Source: an uncultured bacterium (GTDB lineage Bacteria; Zhuqueibacterota; QNDG01; DTFT01). Taken from it: a stretch of DNA of 64,000 nucleotides. Position numbers and translations under genes: made by a program. Below the pieces are notes generated by a model. It ran no database searches. It saw only the letters and a list, made by a program, of their open reading frames with translations, and was not told the origin of the DNA. The stretch is from contig CAVTNR010000012.1 of assembly GCA_963736115.1 (NCBI GenBank), positions 160,001 to 224,000 of the forward strand, written 5' to 3'. Positions 41,486 to 51,990 of the stretch are shown piece after piece (the stretch's first letter is position 1; every line of letters begins with the position of its first letter).

Positions 41486-42850
41486 TTATTCTTTCTTCTT
41501 CGGCTCTATCCCGTATGTCTTCAGCTTCCGCCACAGGGTGGTGGTGGAAATGCCCAGCGTGTCCGAGGCCTGCTTCTGGTTCCACTGGTACTTTTCCAGC
41601 GTCTTGAGGATGTAATGCTTCTCGACTTCCTCGAGCGTCTGCTCCCCGAGGTTGTCCGGGATGTCCGGCCCGCGGCGCAGGGTGTCGCGGAGGGACTGGG
41701 GCAGGTCTTCGGGCGTGAGGGTATTGTGGTTCGTGAGAATCACGGCCCGTTCGATCACGTTCTCCAGCTCGCGGACGTTTCCCGGCCAGTGGTACCCGGT
41801 GAAAATTTTCATGGCTTCGGTCGAGATGGACGTGACGTTCTTGTTCTCCTTCTCCGCGAACCGCTTCAGAAAATGGTTGAATAGCAGGGGAATGTCGTCC
41901 TTCCGGCTCCTGAGGGCCGGCAGATGAATGGGAATCACGTTCAGACGGTAGAACAGGTCCTCGCGGAAGCGGCCCTCCTCGATGAGCTTGGGCAGTTCCT
42001 TGTTGGTGGCCGCGATGAGCCGCACGTCGACGTTCAGGGGATCCACGTCTCCCACCCGCCGGATCTCGCCGTCCTGCAGGAAGCGGAGCAGTTTGACCTG
42101 CGTGGAGAGCGCGGTCTCGCCGATCTCGTCAAGAAACAGCGTGCCGCCGTCCGCCTCCTGAAACAGCCCGCGCTTGTCGCGGATCGCCCCGGTGAACGAG
42201 CCGCGCACGTGCCCGAACAGCTCGCTCTCCAGGAGATTCTCCGGAATGGCGCCGCAGTTGATGGTGATGAAGGCGCGGTTCTTCCTCCGGCTGTTCAGGT
42301 GGATGGCCTTCGCGACCAGCTCCTTGCCGGTCCCGCTGTCGCCGGAGATCAGCACGGTGCTGTCGGTCTTCGCGATCTTCGACACCATGCCGAGCACCTC
42401 GAACATCTCCTTCGAATTGCCGATGATGTTCTCGAACTTGTATTTCTCCTTGAGCTCGTTCTGGAGCTGTTCGACCTCGCAGATGAGGTTCCTGTGCTCC
42501 AGCGCCTTCCCCACCAGCAGGAGCAGTTCGTCCTTCTCAAACGGCTTCTGGATGTAGTCGTAGGCACCCGACTTGATGGCCTCCACCCCGCTCTCGACCG
42601 TGCTGTAGGCGGTCATGACCAGGACCTCCGAGGAGGGATTCAGGGTCTTGACCTCGCGCAGAACGGCCAGGCCGTCCATTGGCTCCATCTTCAGGTCGGT
42701 GATGATGAGGTCGAAGAACCGGGTCTTGAACTTGTCGAGCCCCTCGGTTCCGCTGGACGCCTCCTCGACCCGGTATCCCATTTTCTGGAGCATCATCGCC
42801 AGGGTCGTGCGCACCGATTTCTCGTCGTCGATCAGCAGAATGTCCGCCAT
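41486..42850 (-). CDS. sigma54-dependent NtrC-family response regulator
   Basis: REC domain; GDSGTGKE; [15 protein letters not shown]; LFLDEIGE; WPGNVREL; Fis HTH. Confidence 0.95.
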   Translation of the reverse strand: MADILLIDDEKSVRTTLAMMLQKMGYRVEEASSGTEGLDKFKTRFFDLIITDLKMEPMDGLAVLREVKTLNPSSEVLVMTAYSTVESGVEAIKSGAYDYIQKPFEKDELLLLVGKALEHRNLICEVEQLQNELKEKYKFENIIGNSKEMFEVLGMVSKIAKTDSTVLISGDSGTGKELVAKAIHLNSRRKNRAFITINCGAIPENLLESELFGHVRGSFTGAIRDKRGLFQEADGGTLFLDEIGETALSTQVKLLRFLQDGEIRRVGDVDPLNVDVRLIAATNKELPKLIEEGRFREDLFYRLNVIPIHLPALRSRKDDIPLLFNHFLKRFAEKENKNVTSISTEAMKIFTGYHWPGNVRELENVIERAVILTNHNTLTPEDLPQSLRDTLRRGPDIPDNLGEQTLEEVEKHYILKTLEKYQWNQKQASDTLGISTTTLWRKLKTYGIEPKKKE

Positions 42851-42869
42851 GACCGGTCCCTTCCTCCCT

Positions 42870-45068
42870 CTATACTGTCTTGGGTGTGAGCCGGAGCCTC
42901 ACGATGAAGGCCGAGCCCCGGTCGACTTCGCTTCTCAGGATGATCTCGCCGTCATGCTCCTGAATAATGCGGCGGCAGATGGCGAGCCCCATGCCCGTCC
43001 CCTTCTCCTTGGTCGAGTAGAAGGGCTGAAAAATCTTTTCACGCTCCGATTCCGGCACGCCCGTGCCCGTGTCCGAAACGGAAACACAGGCGCACGCGTC
43101 CGCGTCGTCGCCGGAGAGAGTCGTGCGGACCGCGAGCGAACCGCCCGACGGCATGGCGTCCATCCCGTTCTGAATGAGGTTGGTCAGCACCTGCTGCAGC
43201 TGGTGCCGGTCGACGGGCACCTCGGTCACGGCGGGGTCGTAGTCCTCGACCCAGTCGATGCCGGGACGCGACGGCTCCCGGTTCCGCTTCACGATGTCGC
43301 GGACGAGCCGGTTGAGTTCCTCTTTCTGGATGGCCGGCTTTTTCGGCCGGGCGAATTTCAGAAAATCATCGACGATCGCGGCCAGGTGGTCCGTCTCCTC
43401 CTTGACGACGTCGAGGATCTGACGGCCTTCGGTCGTCAGTCCGGTTTCGTCCTTGAGGAGAGAGGCGGAGGTGGTGATGGCCACCAGCGGGTTCCGGATC
43501 TCGTGCGCGATGCCGGCCGAGAGCTCGCCGATGGCGGCCAGCTCCTCGCTCTTGAAAAGCCGCCGCTCGAGTTCGCGTTCGCGTGTCATGTCGATCAGCG
43601 ATACGAGCAGGTCCGCGGAGCCGGGTATGGGATCGGTGGTCAGGTGGACGTGGCGCAGGCGCCCGTTCCGATCCTCGAACAGGAACTCCCGGTTCTGGTT
43701 CCAGGCCCCGGCGTTTCCCGAGTAGAGCAGGGGAAGCTGCGATTTGCCGCTGAAAAACTGGAAAATGGACATCTGGCCTACGATCTCCTCACGGTCGTAT
43801 CCGCTGAGGGCCTCGAAGGCCCGGTTCACCTGCTTGAACCGGTTCTGATCGTCGAGGATCGCGAGGCTCATGCCGCCCGACTCGAACAGGTTCCGGTACC
43901 GCTCCTCCGAGGTTTTAATCTGCTCATAGAGTTGCGCGTTCTCGACGGCGTTGGCGGCCTGTTCGGCCACCATGACCAGGGTCCGGACGTCCTCGTCCGC
44001 GAAGACGCCGTCGCCGAGGTAGAAAACGCCGATCACGCCGAGCGTGTCGCCGCCGCTGAGGATGGGCGCGAATGCCCAGTTCGAACTCCGGGTCCGTTTC
44101 ATCCACTGCCGGAAAGCTTCGTCGGTGACCCCGTCCGGATCGGCGCAGATCACGGGCTTCTGCGCCAGAGAAGCTTCGAGCGCCGGATTGGCCATGGGCA
44201 GTTCGAGTGTGAACGCCACGTCGACGCACCGGGCCGTCATGCCCGCGCCGAATCCGGCCTTGCCCCGTATGGTTGCGGCCTTGACGTCCATCAGTCCGAT
44301 CCAGGCCTGGTCGAAACCCAGGGCCTGCACGAGGACCTTGGCGATATCCTGCAGGGTGCTGTCGAGCGTACCGAGATGCCGGGTGGCCGTGATGACCCGG
44401 CTCATCGCGATGTACCGGTGCGCTTTCTGTTCGGCCTGTTCATGGTCCGTGGCGTTCCGGAGGGCGAGCCCCAGTTGGCGGCCGATTTCCTCGAGCAGAA
44501 TGCGCTCCGCTTCCCCGAAAGTCCGGACGCGGTCCATGTGACAGGACAGCACGCCGATCGTCCGTCCATGGTCCATAACCGGAACGCCGGCGTATGTGAC
44601 GGTCTGCTCCGGGCCTGCCTCCTGCGGATCGGATCCGGGATGCTCGGGATAGCGGGAGAGATACAGGGGGTTTCCGTTGCGAATGATGCGCCCTGCCGGT
44701 CCGTGCTCGGGCGTCAGGTCGGACTCTCGGATGAAGTCCGGGGACAGCCCGAACCGGCCGGCCAGACGCAGGGTTCCGGACTCAGGATGGTTGAAGCTCC
44801 CCGCCGCAAGCGTCGGGGAATCTTCTATCCGTAGAGAAGAGACTTTTGATATTCGCTCGCTAGCCCCGCGGCAAGCCGCGGGGAATGCGCTCGCTGTCAG
44901 ATTCAGGTGGATATCCACGCCCCCGAATCCGAAACGGCGGCGCATCCACTCGCCCGCGGACCTGAGCACGTCCGTCGTTCGGAGGCTCTCATGGAGCGAG
45001 GCAAAAAAACGCCAGCCTTCGATCGTCGGATCGACCTGGGGCCCGGTGGGTGTGGTTTCTTTCCGCAT
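42870..45068 (-). CDS. GAF-GAF-PAS sensor histidine kinase
   Basis: AHEIRNPL H-box; NLIQNG; DTGTG; STKEKGTGMGL; no TM helices seen. Confidence 0.92.
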   Translation of the reverse strand: MRKETTPTGPQVDPTIEGWRFFASLHESLRTTDVLRSAGEWMRRRFGFGGVDIHLNLTASAFPAACRGASERISKVSSLRIEDSPTLAAGSFNHPESGTLRLAGRFGLSPDFIRESDLTPEHGPAGRIIRNGNPLYLSRYPEHPGSDPQEAGPEQTVTYAGVPVMDHGRTIGVLSCHMDRVRTFGEAERILLEEIGRQLGLALRNATDHEQAEQKAHRYIAMSRVITATRHLGTLDSTLQDIAKVLVQALGFDQAWIGLMDVKAATIRGKAGFGAGMTARCVDVAFTLELPMANPALEASLAQKPVICADPDGVTDEAFRQWMKRTRSSNWAFAPILSGGDTLGVIGVFYLGDGVFADEDVRTLVMVAEQAANAVENAQLYEQIKTSEERYRNLFESGGMSLAILDDQNRFKQVNRAFEALSGYDREEIVGQMSIFQFFSGKSQLPLLYSGNAGAWNQNREFLFEDRNGRLRHVHLTTDPIPGSADLLVSLIDMTRERELERRLFKSEELAAIGELSAGIAHEIRNPLVAITTSASLLKDETGLTTEGRQILDVVKEETDHLAAIVDDFLKFARPKKPAIQKEELNRLVRDIVKRNREPSRPGIDWVEDYDPAVTEVPVDRHQLQQVLTNLIQNGMDAMPSGGSLAVRTTLSGDDADACACVSVSDTGTGVPESEREKIFQPFYSTKEKGTGMGLAICRRIIQEHDGEIILRSEVDRGSAFIVRLRLTPKTV

Positions 45069-45083
45069 CGCTGAGACGCCCGT

Positions 45084-45641
45084 TCAGGCCCGGTGCGGCC
45101 AGACCACGCCGCCGGTTAAACGCCCGATGAGAATGAAGAGCAGGAGCATGGCGATCGAGACCAGAATGGCGATCGAGACCGCGCGCTCGGCCGGAACGCC
45201 GAGAACGGCCGGCAGGCCGCGCATCAGCAGAAAGATTCCGGCCATCCCGGCGATCGGGACGAGTATCATGAGCGGCGGAACCAGGTACAGGGCGCCGGCC
45301 GCGAACCAGGGCGCGAGCGAGTAGGCGGCAACCTTGAAACAGCCGGGCTCGTTCTCCTCGGCGCCGAACGGTGCGGCCAGCAGGCCGATCAGCCGCGACA
45401 CGGCCCAGACCAGCGCAATCGACAGGGCGTACAACAGGGCGGCCCGGGCCAGGGAGCCCCAGAATCCGGCGATCACCCACCAACCCAGAAAATGGGCGAC
45501 GGCCGGAACGGCCGCGAGCTTGAATACGACTTCCCTCAGCAGATCCGGGATGGCGTCTGATTCCGCCTTCACCGTCTGCCAGGTGGTGTCCGGATCGAGG
45601 AAAAGCCCCCGTATCCGGCTGATCAAAATCCTGTTGTCCAT
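45084..45641 (-). CDS. Yip1-family membrane protein
   Basis: LFLDPDTTWQTVKAE; LAAPFGA; VAAYSLAP. Confidence 0.75.
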   Translation of the reverse strand: MDNRILISRIRGLFLDPDTTWQTVKAESDAIPDLLREVVFKLAAVPAVAHFLGWWVIAGFWGSLARAALLYALSIALVWAVSRLIGLLAAPFGAEENEPGCFKVAAYSLAPWFAAGALYLVPPLMILVPIAGMAGIFLLMRGLPAVLGVPAERAVSIAILVSIAMLLLFILIGRLTGGVVWPHRA

Positions 45642-45675
45642 GGCTGTTCCGCTCCGCCGGTCAGGCGGCCTATGC

Positions 45676-46200
45676 TTACCGGGTTCTCTGAATGACGTGA
45701 AAACCGACAGCCGTGCGGATCGGACCGCCGACCTGCCCGACGTTGAGACCGAAGGCGACCTCCTCGAACGCGGGCATGAGGTCGCCGCGCTTGAAATCGC
45801 CCATGTCGCCGCCCCGGGCCGCGCTGGCCGCGTCTATCGACCGGCTCGCCGCGATGTCCCCGAAGGGAGTGCCGGATTTCAGGTCGCGGAGCACACGGCT
45901 GGCCTCCTCCTCCGTGGCCACGACGATGTGGCTCAGGTGGATGGAAAAGCCCGCGACCTGCGTCGGATCGGCGGTCAGTGATTTTTCCCATATCCAGCCG
46001 GTGACCTGCACTTTCACCCAGTCCGGACGTTTCTCGAGCACTTCCACCCGGGTTCCGGATGTGACCTCGCCGATACGTTCGCCGTTCGGTCCGTTCCGAA
46101 GGTTTTCCGAATTCTCCCGCACGTAGAGTCCGCCGCTCTGGCCGGACAGGCCGGCCGCGCCGGCCAGCAGGAACAGCATCCATACATTCATCGGTCTCAT
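45676..46200 (-). CDS. Secreted SH3-like domain plus parvulin peptidyl-prolyl isomerase
   Basis: NLRNGP...WVKVQVTGWI; HIVV...SIDAASAARGGDMG...FEEVAF...GFHVI. Confidence 0.85.
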   Translation of the reverse strand: MRPMNVWMLFLLAGAAGLSGQSGGLYVRENSENLRNGPNGERIGEVTSGTRVEVLEKRPDWVKVQVTGWIWEKSLTADPTQVAGFSIHLSHIVVATEEEASRVLRDLKSGTPFGDIAASRSIDAASAARGGDMGDFKRGDLMPAFEEVAFGLNVGQVGGPIRTAVGFHVIQRTR

Positions 46201-46222
46201 GAAGCACCGGCCTCCTGATGCG

Positions 46223-46849
46223 TTATCGGATCAAGGTCAATTTGCCGGACCGGCTTCGGGCCGCTCCGGTCAGCGTGGCGATGTACAAACCGGAACGGAC
46301 CGGCGATCCGGCATCGTCCAGTCCGTCCCAGATGAAAGCGTGCGCGCCCGCGGCCAGCGGACCGGAATGAACCGTGCGGACGCGGCGCCCCAGCACGTCT
46401 GAAATGCAGAGCCGTGTATTGCACGAATCGGACAGAAAAGCCCAGATGGCCGAAATGCCCCGGGATGGATTAGGGAAAACGGAAGTGATCCCCGGAGCCG
46501 CCGAGCCGGCCGGTTCCGGTCCGACCGTGAAGGAAATTTCATCGGAAAAGGCGCTCTCATTGCCTGACTCATCCAGGGCTGTGACCGCGCAGTAATATCG
46601 CTTCCCGGATTGAAGGACTGAAATGTCGAATAAATTGGCCAAGCCCGCATCGAACATTCTGGAATAATCGGAGGAAGCTTCACCGCAATAAACGCGATAC
46701 CCGTAAATATCCGATTCCGGGCTCAAACGCCAGGCAAGAACTTCCCTTCCATTCGATTTCGAAAAAATGGGATGGATACATCCAAAAAAGAAAGACAACA
46801 GGATGGCGATTCTTGCTGATTTAAAATAAATGGTTCGGGTATTTTTCAC
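46223..46849 (-). CDS. FN3 domain protein with FlgD-Ig/T9SS-type CTD
   Basis: GYRVY...YYCAVTALDESGNESAFS; FPNP...WDGLDDAG...SGLY; start uncertain. Confidence 0.7.
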   Translation of the reverse strand: MKNTRTIYFKSARIAILLSFFFGCIHPIFSKSNGREVLAWRLSPESDIYGYRVYCGEASSDYSRMFDAGLANLFDISVLQSGKRYYCAVTALDESGNESAFSDEISFTVGPEPAGSAAPGITSVFPNPSRGISAIWAFLSDSCNTRLCISDVLGRRVRTVHSGPLAAGAHAFIWDGLDDAGSPVRSGLYIATLTGAARSRSGKLTLIR

Positions 46850-46930
46850 AATGAAATCAATCCGAAATTTCGTTCAACTTGGATCGGCAATTTCATATTG
46901 AAAATACGAAATTTCGTTTTAATTTGCAAG

Positions 46931-48220
46931 TTATTTCTCGTCAAATCCGGTGCCTTTCCACAATACATCGATCTGTTCCCTTTGACGTATCATCTTGAAT
47001 CCGCTGCCGCTGACCAGGACTTCAGCGGCCCTGGGCCGTCCATTGTAATTGGATGAAAGCGAATACCCGTAGGCGCCCGCCCCTGTGAGCGCCAGCAGTT
47101 CGCCTCTCCTCACTGCGGCAAGCGGCCGGTCATGCGCGAAAAAATCGCCCGATTCACAGATGGGGCCCACGATGTCCGCGCGTCCCGCGGGCTTGCCGCG
47201 TTTCTGACGGACAGGCACAATCTGGTGATAGGCGTCGTACAGGCTCGGCCGGATCAGATCGTTCATCCCCGCGTCGAGAATGACGAATCGGCGGCCCCCG
47301 TTTTCCTTGGTGACCGTCACGGATGCGACCAGGGCGCCCGCGTCCGCGATAAGGAAACGGCCCGGCTCGAAAAGCATCCGGATTCCGGCATCGGACAGAA
47401 TCGGCAGCACCTCATCGAACAGCCGTTTGGGACCGGTCGGCAAAGGCCTCTCCGGATTCGGATCCGCGCCGGTCTCGACGATGCGCTGATAATCGATGCC
47501 CCATCCCCCACCGAGATCGACAAATTCGAGCCGGATCCGGTGCGAACGCAGTTCCCGGACGAGGCGGGCCAGAAAACGCGCCGCTTCCGCGAAGGGCGCT
47601 GTTTCGAGGATCTGCGAGCCGATGTGGCAATGCACGCCGACCGTCGTGATGCCGGACAGGGATGCGGCGAGCCGGAACGCCTCCACGGCCCGGTCGGCTG
47701 GAATGCCGAATTTGCTCTCCCGGAGTCCTGTTGCGATATAGGGATGGGTGCGGGGATCCACCATCGGATTCACGCGGATGGAGACACGCGCCTTTTTCCG
47801 CATCGCTGAGGCGATGCGGGACACGGCGGAAAGTTCCTCGAATGACTCCGCGTTCAGGCTGTACACGCCCGCGGCCACGGCCGCGCCGATCTCGGCATCG
47901 GTTTTCCCCACGCCTGAAAATAGAATGCGGTCCGCCGGCACGCCGGCCATCAGGGCCAGCCGGAGCTCTCCGCCGGAGACGATGTCCGCGCCGGCTCCCC
48001 GTTCCGCGAGGATCCGGATGATGTGCGGATTGGCGTTGGCTTTGACCGCGTAGGCGATCAGGTGCGGCTTTTTCCCGAGGGGTTTTTCCGCCGCGTTCCA
48101 ATTGGCGATCAGCCGCTTTCGGCTGTACACGTAGAACGGCGTGCCGACTTCCCGGGCGATGCGGTCCAGGGGCGCCGACTCGCAGTGGAGAATTCCGTTC
48201 CGGTATTGAAAAACACCCAT
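46931..48220 (-). CDS. lysA: Diaminopimelate decarboxylase
   Basis: GTPFYVYS, YAVKAN, DIVSGGE, HIGSQ, FEPGR, GPICESGD, SNYN. Confidence 0.95.
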   Translation of the reverse strand: MGVFQYRNGILHCESAPLDRIAREVGTPFYVYSRKRLIANWNAAEKPLGKKPHLIAYAVKANANPHIIRILAERGAGADIVSGGELRLALMAGVPADRILFSGVGKTDAEIGAAVAAGVYSLNAESFEELSAVSRIASAMRKKARVSIRVNPMVDPRTHPYIATGLRESKFGIPADRAVEAFRLAASLSGITTVGVHCHIGSQILETAPFAEAARFLARLVRELRSHRIRLEFVDLGGGWGIDYQRIVETGADPNPERPLPTGPKRLFDEVLPILSDAGIRMLFEPGRFLIADAGALVASVTVTKENGGRRFVILDAGMNDLIRPSLYDAYHQIVPVRQKRGKPAGRADIVGPICESGDFFAHDRPLAAVRRGELLALTGAGAYGYSLSSNYNGRPRAAEVLVSGSGFKMIRQREQIDVLWKGTGFDEK

Positions 48221-48305
48221 TCGGCCGTCCGTTTCGTTGGTTGATTCCGGCCAATTTAACAAGAATCGCCGGCATTTCAAAGGGGTTTGGAAGGGACGGG
48301 CTTTC

Positions 48306-48334
48306 TTGACATTCGGGAGGTGAATCGTTATATT
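48306..48334 (+). promoter_or_regulatory. sigma70 promoter of the S41 peptidase gene
   Basis: TTGACA-N17-TATATT. Confidence 0.65.
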
Positions 48335-48473
48335 CGTTAAGCCAACCGTATCATCGCGCCATGATCGGGGTTGGACGCCCCGGTCTTCGTCGCGCAAATG
48401 TCCCGCTCATCCCCGCCGCCGGACGGGCTCGTCATGATCTTCCCGGAGACAGCGCACAAACAAACGGAACCGG

Positions 48474-50090
48474 ATGATGAGAAATCGGATCTCGAATCAA
48501 AGAACCTGGAAGATGATCGTTCTGACCGCCGCTTTCCTGCTGTTCGCCGGCGCGACCGTGACGGCATTCGATGCCGGACGGTCGTTGTACACGAAACTGA
48601 AGGTGTTCGGCGACCTGCTCGAAAAGGTCCGCTCCGACTACATCGACGAGAAGGACCCGGGAACACTCGTGGACAGCGCCATCCGCGGGCTCGTGTCCGA
48701 CCTGGATCCGCACTCCTCCTATTACACCAAGGAGCAGTACGACCGCTGGAACCAGGATTTCGAGGGGTATTCCGGAATCGGAATCTATTTCGACGTGATC
48801 GACGGCCGCATCACCGTGGTTTCCGTCATCCGCGGCGGTCCGGCCGAGAAGGTCGGCCTGGCCGTGGGAGACCGCATCGTCACCATCGGGGGCGAATCGG
48901 TCATCGGCATCCGCCGCGACGACGTCCCGCTCCGGCTGATGGGTCCCCGCGGCACCAAGGTGGAGATCTGGGTTGAACGCAGCGGCTGGACGCGGCCGCG
49001 GATGTATTCCATCGTGCGCGAGGAAGTGCACCTCGAGTCCGTGGCCAATGCCTTCATCATCAAGCCGCAGGTTGGGTACATCGGCATCGGCCGCTTCGCT
49101 TCCACGACGGAGCAGGAGATGGAGAAGGCCCTGCAGAAACTCGAGCTGATGGGCATGCGACAGCTCGTGGTGGACCTTCGTCAGAACGGCGGCGGATACC
49201 TCGATGCGGCGGTGCGCGTGGCGGACAAATTTCTGCCCGGCGGCCGGAAGATCACCTACACCGAGGGGCGGAACCGGGAGTCGTCCCGCGAGTACTACTC
49301 CACCCAGCGGAACGGTCACCCGCTGCTTCCGATGATCGTGCTGATCGACCGGACCTCGGCATCGGCGTCGGAAATCCTGGCCGGCGCGCTCCAGGACTGG
49401 GACCGCGCGCTCATCGTGGGGGAAACGAGTTTCGGCAAGGGCCTCGTGCAGACGCCGTACAAGTTCGTCGACGGCTCTGCCCTCCTGCTCACCACTGCCC
49501 GGTACCATACGCCGTCGGGCCGGGTGATCCAGAGACCCTTCGACGGCGTTTCGGATGAAAAGTACTACGATGAAATATTCGACGAGACATGGCGCCGGAA
49601 GGAGCGGAACCGGACGGACCGCCCGGCCTTCCAGACGCTGATTCTGAAACGCCGCGTATTCGGAGGCGGCGGCATCTCGCCGGATGTCCATTTCCGGTCC
49701 GAACCGGACACCGTGCGGCGCGCCCTGCGCGAGTGGCTGGCCGCGCCGCAAAGGCCCTTCTTCACCTATGTCGAGCAGTTCGCGAACCTCCGCCCGGGCA
49801 TCGGCGAGATGGATCAGTTTGATTTTCTGAGGAATTTCCGGTTCAGCGACGCTGAAGTCACCGCTTTCCGCGGCTATCTGCGGGCGTCCGGCGCGGACGT
49901 CGCCGCGGCGGAATTCGAAAAATCCCGCGAGGACGTGGGATACTTTCTGAAAAAGACGCTGGCGGAGAAGCTCTGGGGAGACGATGCGGGATTCAAGGTG
50001 CAGGCCTTCCGCGACCGGCAGCTGCTCGAGGCGCTGAATCACCTGCCCGAAGCCGTGGACCTGCTCGAAAAGGCGTACCCGGTGCGGTAA
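48474..50090 (+). CDS. S41 C-terminal processing peptidase (CtpA/Prc) with PDZ domain
   Basis: LDPHS, GIGI PDZ, DLRQNGGG, SASASEI, FGKGLVQ. Confidence 0.93.
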   Translation: MMRNRISNQRTWKMIVLTAAFLLFAGATVTAFDAGRSLYTKLKVFGDLLEKVRSDYIDEKDPGTLVDSAIRGLVSDLDPHSSYYTKEQYDRWNQDFEGYSGIGIYFDVIDGRITVVSVIRGGPAEKVGLAVGDRIVTIGGESVIGIRRDDVPLRLMGPRGTKVEIWVERSGWTRPRMYSIVREEVHLESVANAFIIKPQVGYIGIGRFASTTEQEMEKALQKLELMGMRQLVVDLRQNGGGYLDAAVRVADKFLPGGRKITYTEGRNRESSREYYSTQRNGHPLLPMIVLIDRTSASASEILAGALQDWDRALIVGETSFGKGLVQTPYKFVDGSALLLTTARYHTPSGRVIQRPFDGVSDEKYYDEIFDETWRRKERNRTDRPAFQTLILKRRVFGGGGISPDVHFRSEPDTVRRALREWLAAPQRPFFTYVEQFANLRPGIGEMDQFDFLRNFRFSDAEVTAFRGYLRASGADVAAAEFEKSREDVGYFLKKTLAEKLWGDDAGFKVQAFRDRQLLEALNHLPEAVDLLEKAYPVR

Positions 50091-50093
50091 AAA

Positions 50094-50316
50094 CAGTTCT
50101 GAGTTCCGAGTTCCGCGTCAGTAGCCCACGGCTTCAGCCGTGGGTAGTAGCAGGTCCGATATGCCGAGCGTTCTATCCGCGAGGCTATCGGACATTCTTT
50201 CACGATTTCCGGGTTCCAATTATAAAAAACGGCAACCTTCTTCTGGAAGCTTGCCGTTTTTATCATTGAAATCCTGTTCTTTTGAATTCGGAACCCGGAA
50301 CCCGAAACTCGGAACC
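50094..50316. repeat. GTAG REP palindrome inside inverted heptamer arrays
   Basis: AGTTCTG AGTTCCG AGTTCCG; GTAGCCCACGGCTTCAGCCGTGGG at 50121-50144; CGGAACC CGGAACC CGAAACT CGGAACC at 50288-50315. Confidence 0.65.
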
Positions 50317-50503
50317 GTATGATCTCCTCGCAGGCCTTCAATATACCTCAGATACAATCGATTGGTCCCGCTCCACGGGAGGCTCCAGCCCCTGCGCCGC
50401 CGACAAACCGCGCATGTCCGCCTGCGTCTTCAGCCTTTCACGATGTAACTCTGAAGGAAAAATTCCGGAATTTAATGTAATCCATCCACTGACGGATTCC
50501 ACT

Positions 50504-50929
50504 TCAGCCCGGAACCGCATTTCTCCGCAATCTCCCGCAAACGGAACACCGGCGGTGATGCACGTCTACCGTCCCGCCGCACGCCGTACAGGCCCATCTC
50601 TTCTTCTCATCCGCGGTGAATTTCCGGATCCCGTGCTTCTGGATATTCGCGAGATTTTCAATCATACTCATTCCATAGCGGGTCCGGTACCGCTTGTCCA
50701 GATCCTTCAACCTGCGGCAGGGCAGTGTCTCACAATCGAAGCAGTACCGGATTGTCCCGCTCCTGATTGATTCGCAATTCTTGATTTTGCATCGGGCTAT
50801 CGAACAGGCATCCAGGACATTGTCGGACCTGCATCCCCCGCATCGGTTCTTCTCTCTGAGATACCCGGAGCAGATGCCGCAGTTCATGCCGCAGGGAGCG
50901 ATCAACGCGGTCGCATGGAGCCGTTTCAT
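50504..50929 (-). CDS. Cys-rich protein, DUF3795-like
   Basis: APCGMNCGIC...CGGC...CFDCETLPC...SMIENL...C-terminal CxxC pairs. Confidence 0.8.
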   Translation of the reverse strand: MKRLHATALIAPCGMNCGICSGYLREKNRCGGCRSDNVLDACSIARCKIKNCESIRSGTIRYCFDCETLPCRRLKDLDKRYRTRYGMSMIENLANIQKHGIRKFTADEKKRWACTACGGTVDVHHRRCSVCGRLRRNAVPG

Positions 50930-51903
50930 TCAGGAACCTTTTTTTGTGTTTCCAGCCGCCGCCGGGGATGATAATGCACATACACCTTCCGGAGCATGTG
51001 AATTTCGCGGACCAGATGCGCCTCGATTGCGTCGGCGATTCGATCGCCCTCGTACACGCTGAGGCGTCCGTCGATGGCGACCGTGATGTTGACCACGAAA
51101 TAGGGGCCGAACCGGTGCGCGTGAATGGACTCGATGCGCCGGATCGACCGGAATCCGGAGAGTTTTTTCCGGATCGATGCGTCGATTTCCCGGCTCGGGA
51201 CCGAGTCCATGAGTTCTTCCGAGGATTCGCGGAGTATATCCACTCCGGTTTTCGTCACCAGAACGGCCACGACGGCGCCCGCCACGGGATCCATCCATTC
51301 CACTCCGAGTATTCCGAATCCGATGCCGATGGCCGCGCCGGCCGATGCGAAGATGTCGTTCCGGTGGTCCCGGGCCAGCGCGGATATGGTGATGTTGCCC
51401 GTTCTCCGACTGACTTTCGAAGCCTGAAGCATCAGAAGGATCTTGAGAGCGATGGTGAAAAAGGCCACCCATAAAGTGAACCGCCGGATGGGCTCCTGGG
51501 GAGTGTTCCCGGTCCACATGTCGAAAGCCGCGTTCGCGGAGTCCCAGAAAATCGTCATCCCCGTGGTGATCACGAAAGCCCCGACCACGACCGCCGAGAT
51601 GCTCTCAAACTGGTGGTGCCCGTAGGGATGCTCCGGGTCCGCGGGTTTCGCGGAAAGGGACGTGAAAATCCGCACCACAATGAAATACACGACATCCGAG
51701 ATGGAATTGACTCCATCCGCCAGCAGCGCCTGGCTGTGGCCGAAAATTCCCGCCGCCAGCTTGGAAATGGCCAGCACGGCGTTGGCGGCCAATCCCAGAT
51801 TGACGACGAGCGCCGCATCCGAACGGCGTTTCCTCTCCGCCGATCTTTCCTCGCCACCCAGGAACTCTTGCGTCAAAATAGTGTTTTGAGATCCGCCTTT
51901 CAT
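50926..51903 (-). CDS. Cation diffusion facilitator transporter (FieF-like)
   Basis: HSQALLADGVNSISD, PADPEHPYGH, DHRND, ZT dimer domain. Confidence 0.9.
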   Translation of the reverse strand: MKGGSQNTILTQEFLGGEERSAERKRRSDAALVVNLGLAANAVLAISKLAAGIFGHSQALLADGVNSISDVVYFIVVRIFTSLSAKPADPEHPYGHHQFESISAVVVGAFVITTGMTIFWDSANAAFDMWTGNTPQEPIRRFTLWVAFFTIALKILLMLQASKVSRRTGNITISALARDHRNDIFASAGAAIGIGFGILGVEWMDPVAGAVVAVLVTKTGVDILRESSEELMDSVPSREIDASIRKKLSGFRSIRRIESIHAHRFGPYFVVNITVAIDGRLSVYEGDRIADAIEAHLVREIHMLRKVYVHYHPRRRLETQKKVPE

Positions 51904-51990
51904 TCAGCCTCATCTCTTGGAATCGTTTTCCGGTCAGGAAATCTTCTGAACGGAGGTTCCCTTCATGAAATATTTAAATGCCTGCAAACT

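Noticed and set aside
46801-46817. sigma54 promoter TGGCGATTCTTGC
   Set aside because: GG-GC spacing is 8, not 10, and it faces away from the gene
50338-50520. 60-aa ORF downstream of the DUF3795-like gene
   Set aside because: No recognisable motif; may be a remnant or spurious
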